A program made the translations under genes and the position numbers. Shown here in pieces: positions 12,232 to 23,581 of a DNA stretch of 64,000 nt (its first letter is position 1; every line of letters begins with the position of its first letter). Source of the stretch: Blastocladiella emersonii ATCC 22665 (Eukaryota > Fungi > Blastocladiomycota); NCBI GenBank assembly GCA_025594325.1, contig JANHCV010000003.1, forward strand, positions 1,240,001 through 1,304,000. The letters are read 5' to 3'. Below the pieces are notes generated by a model. It had not been told where the DNA came from. It saw only the letters and a list, made by a program, of their open reading frames with translations, and made no database searches.

Positions 12232-15200
12232 TCAGCTTGGTTGATTCGCCGTGAAATGCGCGTGAGCAAAGTTTGGCCTTCCTGGATGGCACGTCTCGAT
12301 GGCCATGAACCACGGGTCCTCCTTGATCTTCTCCATGGTGATTCGGAGCTACAAGTCGTTACGGACGCGGACGGTCAGCTCGTCCATGACGTGTTCATCG
12401 CAGCGACGACAGGCGTACCACCGGACTTGGCTCGAGAATCTTGTAGAGCAGGTCGCGCGGCCCGTGTGGTGACGCGGGCAGGTCGTCAATGTACTCGAAC
12501 TGGTGCGCGGCCTTGGTCTCAATGAAGTGGGCGTAGTGCGGGTCCGAGTTCTGCGCGGCCTTCCACGGGATCGTCTTGTACAGCATCACAAAGTAGATGA
12601 TGCCCGTGGCCCATACATCGACGCGGTCCGGCTCGTACGCGTTGCCGGTCCACTCCTCGGGCGCAATGTACGGGTCCGAGCCGCACACGCCCTTGACGCG
12701 CCGCCGCTCCGTGGCCCATGGCACGCGGAACACCTCGGATGTGCCGAAGTCGGCGATCTTGAGCGTGCGGCCGTCACCGTCGAGGAGTAGGTTCTACGAA
12801 GCGGGCGAGAGGTGAGTTTCAGTCACCATGGCCGCGGCGCAGGAGCCGGCGTACCTCGGGCTTCAGGTCGCGGTGCGCGACGCCGATGCTGTGCAGGTAC
12901 GCGACGCCGTCGATGAGCTGGGCGAACAGGCAGTTGATCTCGGACTCCTCCATGGGCCGGCCGTTGGCGATGCGCGAGAAGAGGTCGCCGCCGGCCATGT
13001 ACTCCATGACCTCGCACCACTCGGACTGCTCGTCCTGGATCAGGTCGACCGTCTCGATGACGTGCGGGTGGTGTAGCGATGACGAGATGCAGAACTCGGC
13101 CGACAGCTTCTTGATGTAGTCGCGCTCCGTCTCGTTCTTGCGCCGCTTGCGGAACTTCTTGATCGCGAACAGCCGCTCCTGCGGGCCGTCGCTCGTGTCG
13201 TAAGGGCCCGTCGCGTGATGGCCGCCGCCAGGCGCGAGCCCGGCGCCGTGGAGCTCGCCGTGGCCGACGGGTCCGTCATGGCCGTCGTGGTGGGCGTGGT
13301 GCGATGGATGGTGGACCTTATGCGCGAGCATGACGGTCGCGTTGGCGCCTTTGCCGAGAAACTCCTTGGCGACGCCGTACTTTTCGTGCAGCGACGTCTC
13401 CGAGTTGCTGCGGCTGAGCCGCGTCGACCCACCAAGCGTGGCGCGCCCGTTATCGCGCATCGCGCTCGCGTCGCTCCGCTTGCGGCTGAGGAAGTTCATG
13501 ACGGGCGACGAGCTGCGCGACGGCTCAGCCAACGCGGGCGGGTGGTAGTCGGGCGCGAGGTGGTCGTCGCGGTCGCGCCGCGACATGTCATGGGCCGACT
13601 CCGAGACGTGCGCGGTGCTGGCGGCCGCGCTCGGCGGATGGTGGTGGTGGTGGTCCGGGTGCACGATCTTGTCGAGCTTCTCCATAAACGAGCTCGACTT
13701 TTTGACGCGCTTGCCGGCCTCGGGCGGGCTGGCCGACCCCTGGAGGCCAGGTCCGGACGGCTGCCCCGGCGGGACGTGCGCCTGCGAGTGCGTGTGCGGG
13801 CCGTGGTGGTTCTCGTGGTGGAAGAAGCGGCCGATGATGGACATGGTCGCGTGCGAGCTCGCGCGCGACGGCGGACTGTACTGGCCCGAGCTGCTTGCGT
13901 GCACGGACGCGTCGGACCCGTTTGGACTGTTGGACTTGACGCTCGTGTTGCGCCGCAGCACCGAGGTCGGCTTGGGCTCGCACCGCTGCGTGTCGAACTT
14001 GGACTTGCGCCGTGGCTCGTCGAGCTCGGGCAACTCCGGCAGGTCGGCGCCCGACTGCGTCAGCGCCGCGCCCTCGAGCGAGGTGCGGCTCGCGGGATCG
14101 AAGTGGATGATGGGCGAGTCGAGTAGCAGCGGCGAGGGCGGCTGCGACATGCTCGACGGCGAGATGATGTCGGCGTAGTCAAACGGGCGGTGCGGGCGGG
14201 TTGGGCTTCCGTCCGGCGGCGTCTCGGAGCCGAGCGGCGACACGCTCCCGCTTCGGCTCGAGTGCGAGGTGCGGGACGGCGGGGTAGTACTGCGGCGGCC
14301 GCGCGCGCCGTCGCCCGGCGGACGGCCCCCAGCCTGCGGGTGCCGGGACTGCTGCGGCGGCGACGCCATGGGTGTTGCGAACAGGTCCTCGTCGTCGTCA
14401 TCGCGGGCGTGGAAGCTGATACTGTCGAACGGGATGAGGTCGTGCAGGATGCTCTGTCTGCGCGACTTGTCGCTCGAGTTGGACGACGTCGACATGCGGC
14501 GCGCGACGAGCTCCTCCTTGGACCGCAGCCCGCCGTCGAGGATGAACCGGCCCGCGTCCGAGCCCTGCCCGCCGGACATGGACTTGCGCCGCCACATCAT
14601 GGCCTGCTCGGCGGCGCTGTTCCCGCTCCCGCTGCTCGTGGCGCTCGACGAGTACCGCATGTCCGACGGCGCATCGCCGTCACCCGACGGCGTGATGAGC
14701 GTCGGTGGCGGGGTCGATGTGGGGTCCGAGGTCACCGGGCCGCCAAGAAGCGCAGCCGCGCCGGGCGACGTGGACGCGGCCGAGGTCACCGACGGCGGTC
14801 CCTTGGACGGGATCGTGAACTTGTACACGAGCGAGGTCCGCGACTGGCGCAGCCGCATCAGGTCGAGGTTGTCGACCGGCGGGCGGATCGACTGTCGGCG
14901 GCCCTTGGAGTCGGGGCCCACGTACGACGGGATGTTGTTGGGCGGGAACGACGAGGCGAGCGAAGGGTCGGCCGACGGGTCGGCGTCACCCTGGCCCGGT
15001 ACGGCGGTCGCGGTAGCGGCAGCGGATCCCACCGGAACGGCCATCGATGTCGTGCCGGCGGCGGCCACGGCGGCTGCGGACCCATGTTCATCGGGCGACA
15101 CTGCGCCGGCGCTCGACGATGACGCGGTGGTGCGACCGTGTTCGTCGGCGAGGTCGAGCGACACGGTAGGCCGGCCCGAGCGGTCATGTGGCGAGTCGTG

Positions 15201-16025
15201 GAGCTTCTCCGAGGTACCTGGCCGGTGCCGCGCGACGAGGTTGACGCGGAAGTGCTTGCCGGCGATCGTCGTCGCGGACTGCTGCTGCGGCGCGCACTTC
15301 TTGGTCGAGACGACAATGATCTCGGTCTCGCCCGAGTCCCAGCGGCTGAGGCCGGCGAGCGCAAGCGTGCTCTTGGTGCTCTGGCGCCGCCCGCCCGCAC
15401 CGTTGGTCGCCGCGGTACTCGCGGTCGGGCTACTTGCCGCGCCGCCGCCGTCGGTCGTGTTGCCCGAGCTGAAGTTGGTCCCGGCGCCGAAACTCACGCC
15501 GCCGCGGGCGTCGAGCGCGGCCTGGATGTCGACCGTCGACGCGGACCCCGGGTCCTGGCCGGGCCGGCTCGCGGGCGGCGCGGGACCGAGCGGGTGCTGG
15601 TTCGAGGCGGGGTCCGCGTGGATGTTGAGCCCGCTCTGCAGGCTCGGCTGGCTGATTGAGATGGCGGATCCCGCAACGAGCCCCGCGCTCGAACCCGCTG
15701 CCGAGGCTGCGGCCCGGCTCGCCGCCCTGGCCGCGGGACGGTCGTCGGCGCTCAGCGTGCGGCGGTGGCCGGCCGACGAGAGCCGGTCGCGCGACGCCAT
15801 GTGCGAGTCGGCGGGGTTGGTGAGCAGCTGGTCCCGCATCTCGGGATCCGGCACCGGTGCGGCGGCAGCGGTCGAGGGAGCGGCTGCCGCGGCGGCGGCG
15901 GCCTCCTGCAGCGCCGCCGTCAGGTTGGACTTGCTGCCCGAGCGGGAGACGGGCGGCGGCGGGGCCTCGGGCGTGACCGCTGCCGCCGGTGGCGGCGCGA
16001 CAGGGTCAGGGTCAGGAACGGGCAT
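12232..16025 (-). CDS. HAL-family (Hrk1/Sat4/Npr1-like) Ser/Thr kinase with long disordered N-terminus; 2 introns near the 3' end
   Basis: LGKGANATV, FAIKKFRKR...YIKKLSAEFCISSSLHHPHVIETVDL, HRDLKPE/NLLL, KIADFG, GSDPYIAPE. The final exon LRITMEKIKEDPWF...NQPS ends at the TGA at 12232-12234. Confidence 0.9.
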
Positions 16026-16733
16026 GATGCACACACAGCGAGGTCCGCTACGAGTCATCGCGGGTGGGTTATTTCTCCGAGGCTCGGAACCCACATGCTT
16101 AGCATCCGTACTCGAAGAGTTCTGCTCGGTTCTCCCGTTGTAGTACAGGTGGCGGTGCCGTCGGCGAAGGTGCGTCCGCCGTGAAGATGGTCTCGCTTTG
16201 CACAGACGAGGTGCCGACAAATGTGTTACATGGGGAGGAGATCCTCGGTGGTGCAAGTTGCCAGGAGTGCGGGGAGCGACCCGCGGCCAGATTGTCTGTT
16301 CTGAAAGATATCGGTGTTCAAGGGAGAGTGCTGAGGCAAACGGTTATCATTGTGAGGTGGGGGACGCGGGATCGAATGGCGGGACATGGGGGACCAGACC
16401 AAAGCAGGGGAAAACGCGTCGCGAAACGCGTCTCCCGCGGCCCACGTGACTGACTCGCAGCCGCCGAAATCTGAAGTGTTTGGCACGCGTTGAGGGCGGG
16501 TCGTGTTCCTCGCGAGTGTGCGGCTGTCGAGGTGCAGCTACTGGCGGTGCGAAACCACGGTCCATCGTTGGTGTGGAGCGCCGGGGGAGCGACGGCGAGG
16601 GACGCGACTCGGCCGATCAGGGATAACGACACGGGAACGAACTTTCAAAGCTATGTAGAGATGACGATGTGGACAGGTGTGGGGGAAAACGAACGAGCTA
16701 GAGAACAAGGCAACAAAACGAGGGACAGTCGCG

Positions 16734-17312
16734 TTACTCCTCCTTGGGCTTGGGAGCGCCGTACTTGGAGCGGGCGTTCATGCGGCCGCGCACGGCCTGC
16801 AGGTCCATGGCGCCGCGGATGAGGTGGTAGCGGACACCGGGAAGATCGGGAACACGGCCGCCACGGACGAGGACGACGCTGTGCTCCTGCAGGTTGTGGC
16901 CCTCGCCGGGGATGTAGGCGATGACCTCCTTGCCGTTGCTGAGGCGGACCTTGGCGACCTTGCGGACGGCCGAGTTGGGCTTCTTGGGCGACGTGGTGTA
17001 GACCTTGATGCACACGCCGCGCTTCTGCGGGCACCCGTCGAGGTGCGGGCACTTGACCTTGCGCACGCGCGGCTTGCGCATGTTGCGCATCACCTGGTTG
17101 AGCGTGGCCTGCTGCAGCGAGCTCGAGTGGAAGCCCATGCGCATGCCGGCGAGGGACTGGCACTGCGCGGCAATCGAGGCGGGGCCGGCGGCCATGGCGG
17201 TCATGGCGGGCACCCGCGGGGCCGCAGCGGTGGCGCGAGCGACTGCTGGTGGCGCGGCGCGCATCGCCGTCGAGAGCACGGCCTGCGATCTCCGGAAGAT
17301 GGAAGCGAGCAT
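16734..17312 (-). CDS. MRPS12: Nuclear-encoded mitochondrial ribosomal protein uS12m
   Basis: Arg/Ala/Ser-rich presequence followed by ATLNQ...CPQKRGVC...[19 protein letters not shown]...[34 protein letters not shown]. Confidence 0.95.
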   Translation of the reverse strand: MLASIFRRSQAVLSTAMRAAPPAVARATAAAPRVPAMTAMAAGPASIAAQCQSLAGMRMGFHSSSLQQATLNQVMRNMRKPRVRKVKCPHLDGCPQKRGVCIKVYTTSPKKPNSAVRKVAKVRLSNGKEVIAYIPGEGHNLQEHSVVLVRGGRVPDLPGVRYHLIRGAMDLQAVRGRMNARSKYGAPKPKEE

Positions 17313-17807
17313 GGTATGGCGAGCGGACTGCGGGCGGATTCGAGGGGCGGTGGATTCGTGGCGCAGGCCTGGACCCCGTCGGACAAAACTAGTTGCAAGA
17401 AGTGATGCGTGTGCTTCGTTGCGGGTCAAGTCCCCTATGCTTCGTCGCTGTAGCAGGCATGGTTGGTGAATGATCGCCGGCAGAAGGCAAACTCGCTGCC
17501 CGACGGGAGTGGCAGGTCGGAGGCAAAACCATCAGGTGATGCGGTGGCGCCACTCGAAACGCGGGTTTTGTCAGCGATGGCGCAACGTGCAACTTGCTGC
17601 AGCGAACGCCGAGCGAGGCGCACCGCCAACGCGTCGATCCGACGCGACTTGACTAAGCGCTTCCGCAATCTTCCTTCCCCGCCGCCGACCGACCATGGTC
17701 TGACCCCGGCCCGATAAATAGCGGGCGCGGCCCCGCCTCCCCGGCCAGCTAGCCAGACCCCATCGCTCACTGCTACGGATCACACACGCACCCACGCATC
17801 GACGACC

Positions 17808-18539
17808 ATGACCGCCTCGACGGCCTTTGCCCCGCTCCGCCTCTTCACCTCCAAGGTGTGCCCGTTCGCGCAGCGCGCCACCATCGCCGCGCACGAGCTC
17901 GGCTTCGTCGACTCGATCGCCGAGGCCAAGTACAGCAACGGCGCCTTCGAGGTGGTCGAGATCGACCTCAAAAACAAGCCCGAGTACTACACGCGCGACA
18001 TCAACCCGCGCGGCAAGGTGCCCGCGCTCGAGATCACCCACGCCGAGTCGGGTACCAAGGAGGTGCTCGTCGAGTCGGCCCTGATCGCCGACTTCCTGCT
18101 GCAGGCCGCCGACTCGCCCGCCACCCTCAACGGCAAGGCCCGCGCCCTCGACCGCTTCCGCGCCAACCTCGTCGTCGACACGTTCAGCAACCAGGTCGTC
18201 GGCGCCTTCTACAACCTGCTGCGCGAGAAGGACGCGGCCAAGCAGCCCGAGGCAACCGAGAAGCTGCTCGAGGGCATCCGCGCCGTCCAGGCCTTCCTCT
18301 CGGCCGACGGGCCCTACGCGCTCGGCGCCGAGTTCACCATCGCCGACATCCTGACCGCGCCCTTCCTCGCCCGCTTCGTCGTCAACGAGCACTACCGCAA
18401 CTTTGTCGTCCCCGACACCCCCGAGTACGCGCGCTTTAACCGGTGGCGCGCCGCCCTCGCTGCCCGCCCCTCGGTCGTCGCCACGACGCCCGACAAGGAG
18501 GTCTTCATCGACGGCTACCGCGGCTACGCGCTGGCGTGA
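17808..18539 (+). CDS. Glutathione S-transferase, omega-like (catalytic Cys)
   Basis: CPFAQR motif, IDLKNKPEYY, INPRGKVPAL, ESALIADFL and GPYALGAEFTIADI; strong codon bias. Confidence 0.92.
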   Translation: MTASTAFAPLRLFTSKVCPFAQRATIAAHELGFVDSIAEAKYSNGAFEVVEIDLKNKPEYYTRDINPRGKVPALEITHAESGTKEVLVESALIADFLLQAADSPATLNGKARALDRFRANLVVDTFSNQVVGAFYNLLREKDAAKQPEATEKLLEGIRAVQAFLSADGPYALGAEFTIADILTAPFLARFVVNEHYRNFVVPDTPEYARFNRWRAALAARPSVVATTPDKEVFIDGYRGYALA

Positions 18540-18796
18540 GCGACTCGTTCCTGTGCGCGCGATTCCCAGTACCACACTTAATAACACATTTTTGTCTCAG
18601 CTAAGCGTCTCCCTTGCGCGATGCGCGAGCACAAGCGAGCGCGTGCTTCATGTGGCTCGACGAGCTGTGAGGATGGTGGCTTAGCCGCGATGGGGTCGGT
18701 CAGTCGCTGCCGGGCTTGCCTGCTGAGACGAACTCAAAGCGGCTCCGCAGACCTCGCTCTCTCCCGCACTACCACAACCACAATACTGGCGTTATC

Positions 18797-20419
18797 ATGA
18801 AGCATCTTGCACCAACAGCTATGAAATCAACGCCACGCGCGGCTTCGCGTCCGCGGCGCCCAAGGCTGCCCCTCTTGCTCATCCTCCTCGCCGCCCTCGC
18901 CCTGCTCTCATCGCGTGTCGTTCGCCCGGTGCGCGCACACGGCGGCGACGAGGACGAGGACGAGCCGCACTTCCACGACGATGAGGACGATGGCGACGAC
19001 GAGCCGTTCGTGTGCTACCGCCCCGAAGACTTTGTCGTGACGCTCAAGCACACGCCCGTCGGGAGCACGACGCACCTCAAGTTCCTCGTGTGGAACGGCC
19101 GCGACAACCGCGCCGTGCGGTGGGACGAGCTCGAGCGCGTCCACGACCGCCGAGCCCACATCGTCGTGTCGTCGTCCGACGGCGAGGTGTTTGGCCACTT
19201 GCACCCCGAGGACTCGATGAACCCGAACACCAATATGCCGCTCAGCCTCGACGCCTTCGAGAACAAGCTCGTCACGGCCTTTGACCTCTCGGCCGCGCGC
19301 CGGTGGAACGTCAAGATCGAGCTCACCATCGGCGTGCCCGCCGTGTGCTCACCCATGATGGGCGTGCTCCCGCACGAGGACCACGTCGTGCACATGCCGC
19401 CCGCCGACGACGACGATGACGGGCATCCCGACGTGCGGCACGACCACAAGGACCGGTTCCGCCACCACCCGGCGAAGCGCGACGACGCCACCGCGCCTAC
19501 GCTGCGCCGCCGCCACTCGGGCGACCATGAGATGGCGATGAACGACGGCGACATTCTCGGCCGCGGTCCGCAGACGCACTACCAGCCCGAGACGACCATT
19601 CCGCTTGGCAAGGAGTTCACCATCGACCTGACGTCCAGCACCGACGCGCTCCCGACGCCCATGCCCGCCGTCGTCGGCTCGGTGCTCCTGCGCAGCCTCT
19701 CGCTCTCCTCGTCCACGGGCTCGTTCAGTCACCCGATCTCGCTCTCGGGCATCCAGCTCAGCCCCGCCGCGTGGAACCGCGACGCGCTGCTCGGGTCCAA
19801 GGCGTGGATCGACCGGTACCTCACGCCCAACACGTACCGCGTCTACGCGCCGCACCTCGCCATGCTCGCGTCGTCGCCACGCGGGTACCAGTCGGCCGTG
19901 CGCGTCGGCCGGTGCCGCACGCTCCTGTTCCGCATCGACGAGTCAGACGCCAACGGCGAAAATCTCCGCGCCGTGTCGGACCTGCGCCCGTGGCTCAGCG
20001 CCGTTGCACACGCGGCGCTCATCCACCCCGAGTCAGGCAAGACGATCCACACGCACGGCGCCGCTGTCGCGGACTCGGACGTCGCAGCCGCGCTCAGCGC
20101 GCAGCTGACGACGGCGTTCGGCGGCCGGCAGTCTGGCTGGCACCTGACGGGCAGCGAGCACACGACTACAACCGGCGCGCGCGTTTCGGGGAGCGGTGCC
20201 GAGACCGAGGACGCGTTCTCGGCTGCCATCGACCAGTGCATGGCGCACACACACGGCAGCGGCGGTCATCATCACGGTGCGGCACCGAAATCCTTCGGTC
20301 CGTGGATCGCGGTCCCCGTCACTGTTTCCGAGCCTGGATGGTGGCGCATTGTGGTGCAGGTCCGCCACGGCGAGTCGCTCCTCACGCCGTCGTTCTGGAT
20401 CAACGCGAAGCGGGGGTGA
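18797..20419 (+). CDS. Secreted His/Asp-rich putative metal-binding protein with two HxH-containing repeats
   Basis: Hydrophobic signal ending VRA, then HGGDEDEDEPHFH. Motifs VHDRRAHIVVSSSDGEVFGHLHPE and LRPWLSAVAHAALIHPESGKTIHTHG...FGPWIAVPVTVSEPGWWRIVVQVRHG. Single long biased ORF. Confidence 0.8.
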   Translation: MKHLAPTAMKSTPRAASRPRRPRLPLLLILLAALALLSSRVVRPVRAHGGDEDEDEPHFHDDEDDGDDEPFVCYRPEDFVVTLKHTPVGSTTHLKFLVWNGRDNRAVRWDELERVHDRRAHIVVSSSDGEVFGHLHPEDSMNPNTNMPLSLDAFENKLVTAFDLSAARRWNVKIELTIGVPAVCSPMMGVLPHEDHVVHMPPADDDDDGHPDVRHDHKDRFRHHPAKRDDATAPTLRRRHSGDHEMAMNDGDILGRGPQTHYQPETTIPLGKEFTIDLTSSTDALPTPMPAVVGSVLLRSLSLSSSTGSFSHPISLSGIQLSPAAWNRDALLGSKAWIDRYLTPNTYRVYAPHLAMLASSPRGYQSAVRVGRCRTLLFRIDESDANGENLRAVSDLRPWLSAVAHAALIHPESGKTIHTHGAAVADSDVAAALSAQLTTAFGGRQSGWHLTGSEHTTTTGARVSGSGAETEDAFSAAIDQCMAHTHGSGGHHHGAAPKSFGPWIAVPVTVSEPGWWRIVVQVRHGESLLTPSFWINAKRG

Positions 20420-20678
20420 GGTCTCAACCACTGCAAGCAGGCCATTGTAAGATCATAACTGTACTATATGTTGTTGCTCCTCAATCCGAACGTAGCGACA
20501 CGCGACGCGCACAGTGCTTGCGCACCGCAACGTTGCCGCGGTGCTCCGACGGAACTCCTGAACCACAGCCGCCGTACAAAGTTATGACGAGCACGTTTTT
20601 CATACTCGGTGAGACGCTAGGAGGCAACAGTCTTAATGCATCACACCCAAAATCAGTCATGCGAATCTCACGTGCAAG

Positions 20679-20709
20679 GTGCGAGACGCGTTGGTCTCGC
20701 GTCTCGCAC
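20679..20709. repeat. Perfect 12-bp stem / 7-nt loop hairpin
   Basis: GTGCGAGACGCG-TTGGTCT-CGCGTCTCGCAC. Confidence 0.75.
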
Positions 20710-21581
20710 ATCGCGACCGCTTTCCGACACCGCTCGCCGTGCAGGGCAACAAAACGCCGGCGTTCCCCCGCCCGCCCAGACTTGTTCCCAGATTCTTCTG
20801 TAAAACTACCATGGCGCTGATTGAAGAGTGTTTGCGACTCCCCCGGACGGCCGTCGGGGCGATGGCGCCTTCGCGGGCACCTCGTCTCGCCTGGCCGGGC
20901 GCGGGGGACAGGATCGTGCGTGGCGCTCCCAACCACCTTGTTTCTCGAGGTCCACGCTACCAAATCTCTGAGCCATCTTCTTACGTTGCTGCTTTACGTC
21001 CGTCTCCTCGCAGTTTTCGTTTTCGTGGTCGAGCTCAAGCCGATGTGCTCTGCTCGACCACTGCGTTGCTACTTTACGTCCTCCAATCGATCATCGCCGC
21101 TCGTGCTCTTCACACGCGCTTGAGCCGCCAAGAAAGCATCAATTATTAGCTTCTGATGCTCGCACGCAGGGGGTCGAGCGCGGCAGCCCGAGACAGCCGC
21201 GATGATGATCCTTCAACCCAGCGTAAGCTCACCCTCGGGTCGGGCTCTGTCGTGCGCACCATGGTGCGGAATCGAGAAAAAGTAACGCTGAGCGTGCGTG
21301 TCCGGGGACGGCAAGGTCAAAAGTAGTGCGGGAGCCGCCGTTCGACGCCAAGAGGATCAGGTTCTCAACAGAGTCTCGCGGCCTTCACACTTCAAGGCGC
21401 CCTTTCATGACGAATTCTCTTTCGAGGCACGATCTGCTTGCGAGGCGAAACTCGCGCTTCTCCTGGTTCAACGGCGGTAAGATAAGAGCAGCGGCAAGCG
21501 AGCGCAGCCTTCCATCGTCGTGTCGCAGCTCTGAGATCAACGCCGTGTCCATGTACGCGTCCGACAAGACAAAGCTGGCGC

Positions 21582-22158
21582 CGAGACACGCAAGACGTCA
21601 TCGAAGCAACACGGCGCGCATGTTCGCCCACGGGTCCAGCGAGTAACAGTCAGAGCAGGGTCACGGTGCACACGCGCTGACCGCCAGGACAAGCGGCGCA
21701 GGGAGCGGCGCGTACGACTCAAGAGCACATACGGCAACCCGACAGAACCGGCTCGCGTGCCGCGCAAGTACGATGTTGACGCCGTCGACGACGTGCGTGG
21801 GCCCACCGACCGTGACCACGGCGGCGATCACGCGCACTGCCACGATCGCTGGGTCCTTGTCCGCGCAATCGAGCCCGAGCAAGAGCATGGTGCCGCGGAA
21901 CTCGTGCATGGCGGGCTGGTGTCGCTCGTGATCGTCGTCGGTGCCTTGGCCAGAACGCGACGGCGCGCCGTATTTCGTGCTTTCAAAGCCGGCGACGAAG
22001 ACGCCCTGGTCGGCCTCGGCCGTCAGCATGCTCTCGTTGCGCACAACCCCGCATGCCGTGCAAACGACCTGCGGGTCGGCTTCCTCGAGGTCGGACGCCG
22101 GTGCGCGGCACGACGGACACCCTGGCGCTCGTGCTGATGCATGGTGTGACGAATTCAT
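21582..22158 (-). pseudogene. Decayed TFIIB-related factor (BRF1-like) relic, left-arm copy
   Basis: Zinc ribbon CPSCRAPASDLEEADPQVVCTACGVVRNESML. An out-of-frame downstream piece FDDVLRVS resembles the BRF1 FSDVLQVN segment. No intact cyclin folds. Confidence 0.5.
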
Positions 22159-22325
22159 GGGTTGGAAGTTGGTCAGCGAGCAGAGGAGGTGAGAAGGGCG
22201 GCGACGAGTCGAGGCCGTTCCGCGCGCTTCTGCGGCCTTCGCCGACCTTCACCGCCCCGTTCACTTCACATCCATGGCCATCCACGGCCACCGCGTCATC
22301 AGAAGCCGTCGCCATGGCCGAGATC

Positions 22326-22331
22326 TATAAA
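22326..22331 (+). promoter_or_regulatory. TATA box of the PB1 gene (mirror at 50932-50937)
   Basis: TATAAA about 100 bp upstream of ATG 22427. Confidence 0.5.
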
Positions 22332-22426
22332 GCGAGGCGGTCCCCCGACCTACCTCGACTGGATCAGAGCTCATCACAGCAACGCAGCGACTGACGACCA
22401 TCACACCGGCCAACAGTACCACCACC

Positions 22427-23581
22427 ATGGCCCCGACCATCCCCTACTCGCCGAGCACTTACGTCGTCAAGCTGCGCGCGCACGGCACCCTGCGCCGCGT
22501 CCGTGTGCCGCACACCGTCGACTGGCCCACGTTCCTCGCCACGGTCCACCGCTTGTTCCCGCACACGCGCGCCTCGACCAGCTCCCTCGAGATCACGTAC
22601 ACGGACGAGGACGGCGACGTCATCTCGCTGTCGACCACGGACGAGCTCCGCGAGGCCTTGCAAACGGCCGAGCAGCTGGGTCGCGCGCCGCTGGTCTTCA
22701 GCGTCGTGGGCGACGACATGAGCGACTCGGACGCGGCCTCGATTGCCAGCTGGCGCGCGCGCGTCGTCTCGGGCCCGTTGCTCGAGGAGGTCGAGGTGCC
22801 GCCGTCGCCCGTGTCCACGACCTCGTCCTCGTCTTCGTCAAGTTTGGAGCCGCGCTCGCCCGTCTCGGCCAACGCCACGGACTCGGACGTCGAGTCGGTC
22901 GCCATTGACGCCAACGCCTATGAGCAGATGAGCCTGCCCGGCAGTGAGGCCGACGACTACGACTCCGTCTCGGACTTGGACGCTTCGAGCAGCGACGACA
23001 ACGACGAATCTGCTGACGAGGACGCCTCGCCCAAGGAGAACCTCGCCGCGCGTCAAGCACCCGCTACCAAGACGCGCAAGTTCTCGTCGCAGCCCAACTC
23101 GCCGACCATGAACGCCTTCGGCATGCTCAGCGCCCTCTTCGGCAGCCCCGACTCGCCCCGCCCGTGCACCTCCCGTGCCGACCGCGATCGCCCTCATCAT
23201 CCCGCAACCACCGCTCAGCGTCAGCACGCTGCCGCCGTGACCGCCGCGCGCGAGCGGGAAGAGATGGAGCGCCGCCGCCGCTGTCGCCAGCGCGCCATGG
23301 AGCTCGCGGCCGCGCAAGAGCGCGAACGCCAGTACGCCGAGTACGTCCGCGAGCTCGAGCGCCAGCGCCGCCGCGAGTTGCAGATCGAGCGGGAGCGCGA
23401 GGAGCGCGAGTACCGCCGTGCCCTGACCGCCGAACGCCAACGTCGCCAGCAGCAGGAGGCCACCGCTATCGAGATGATGATGATGGACCCCTTCACGGCC
23501 ATGTGCCGCGGGAGCAGCCACCGCCGCCAGCGCGCATCGCCAGCTCAGTATATCTCGACGATCCCTGGATGGGCGTGGTAA
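22427..23581 (+). CDS. PB1-domain protein with acidic Ser-rich linker and charged coiled coil, left-arm copy
   Basis: YVVKL (basic Lys) and OPCA motif YTDEDGDVISLSTTDELREAL; E/R/Q-rich helical C-terminal region; strong codon bias; single exon. Confidence 0.88.
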   Translation: MAPTIPYSPSTYVVKLRAHGTLRRVRVPHTVDWPTFLATVHRLFPHTRASTSSLEITYTDEDGDVISLSTTDELREALQTAEQLGRAPLVFSVVGDDMSDSDAASIASWRARVVSGPLLEEVEVPPSPVSTTSSSSSSSLEPRSPVSANATDSDVESVAIDANAYEQMSLPGSEADDYDSVSDLDASSSDDNDESADEDASPKENLAARQAPATKTRKFSSQPNSPTMNAFGMLSALFGSPDSPRPCTSRADRDRPHHPATTAQRQHAAAVTAAREREEMERRRRCRQRAMELAAAQERERQYAEYVRELERQRRRELQIEREREEREYRRALTAERQRRQQQEATAIEMMMMDPFTAMCRGSSHRRQRASPAQYISTIPGWAW

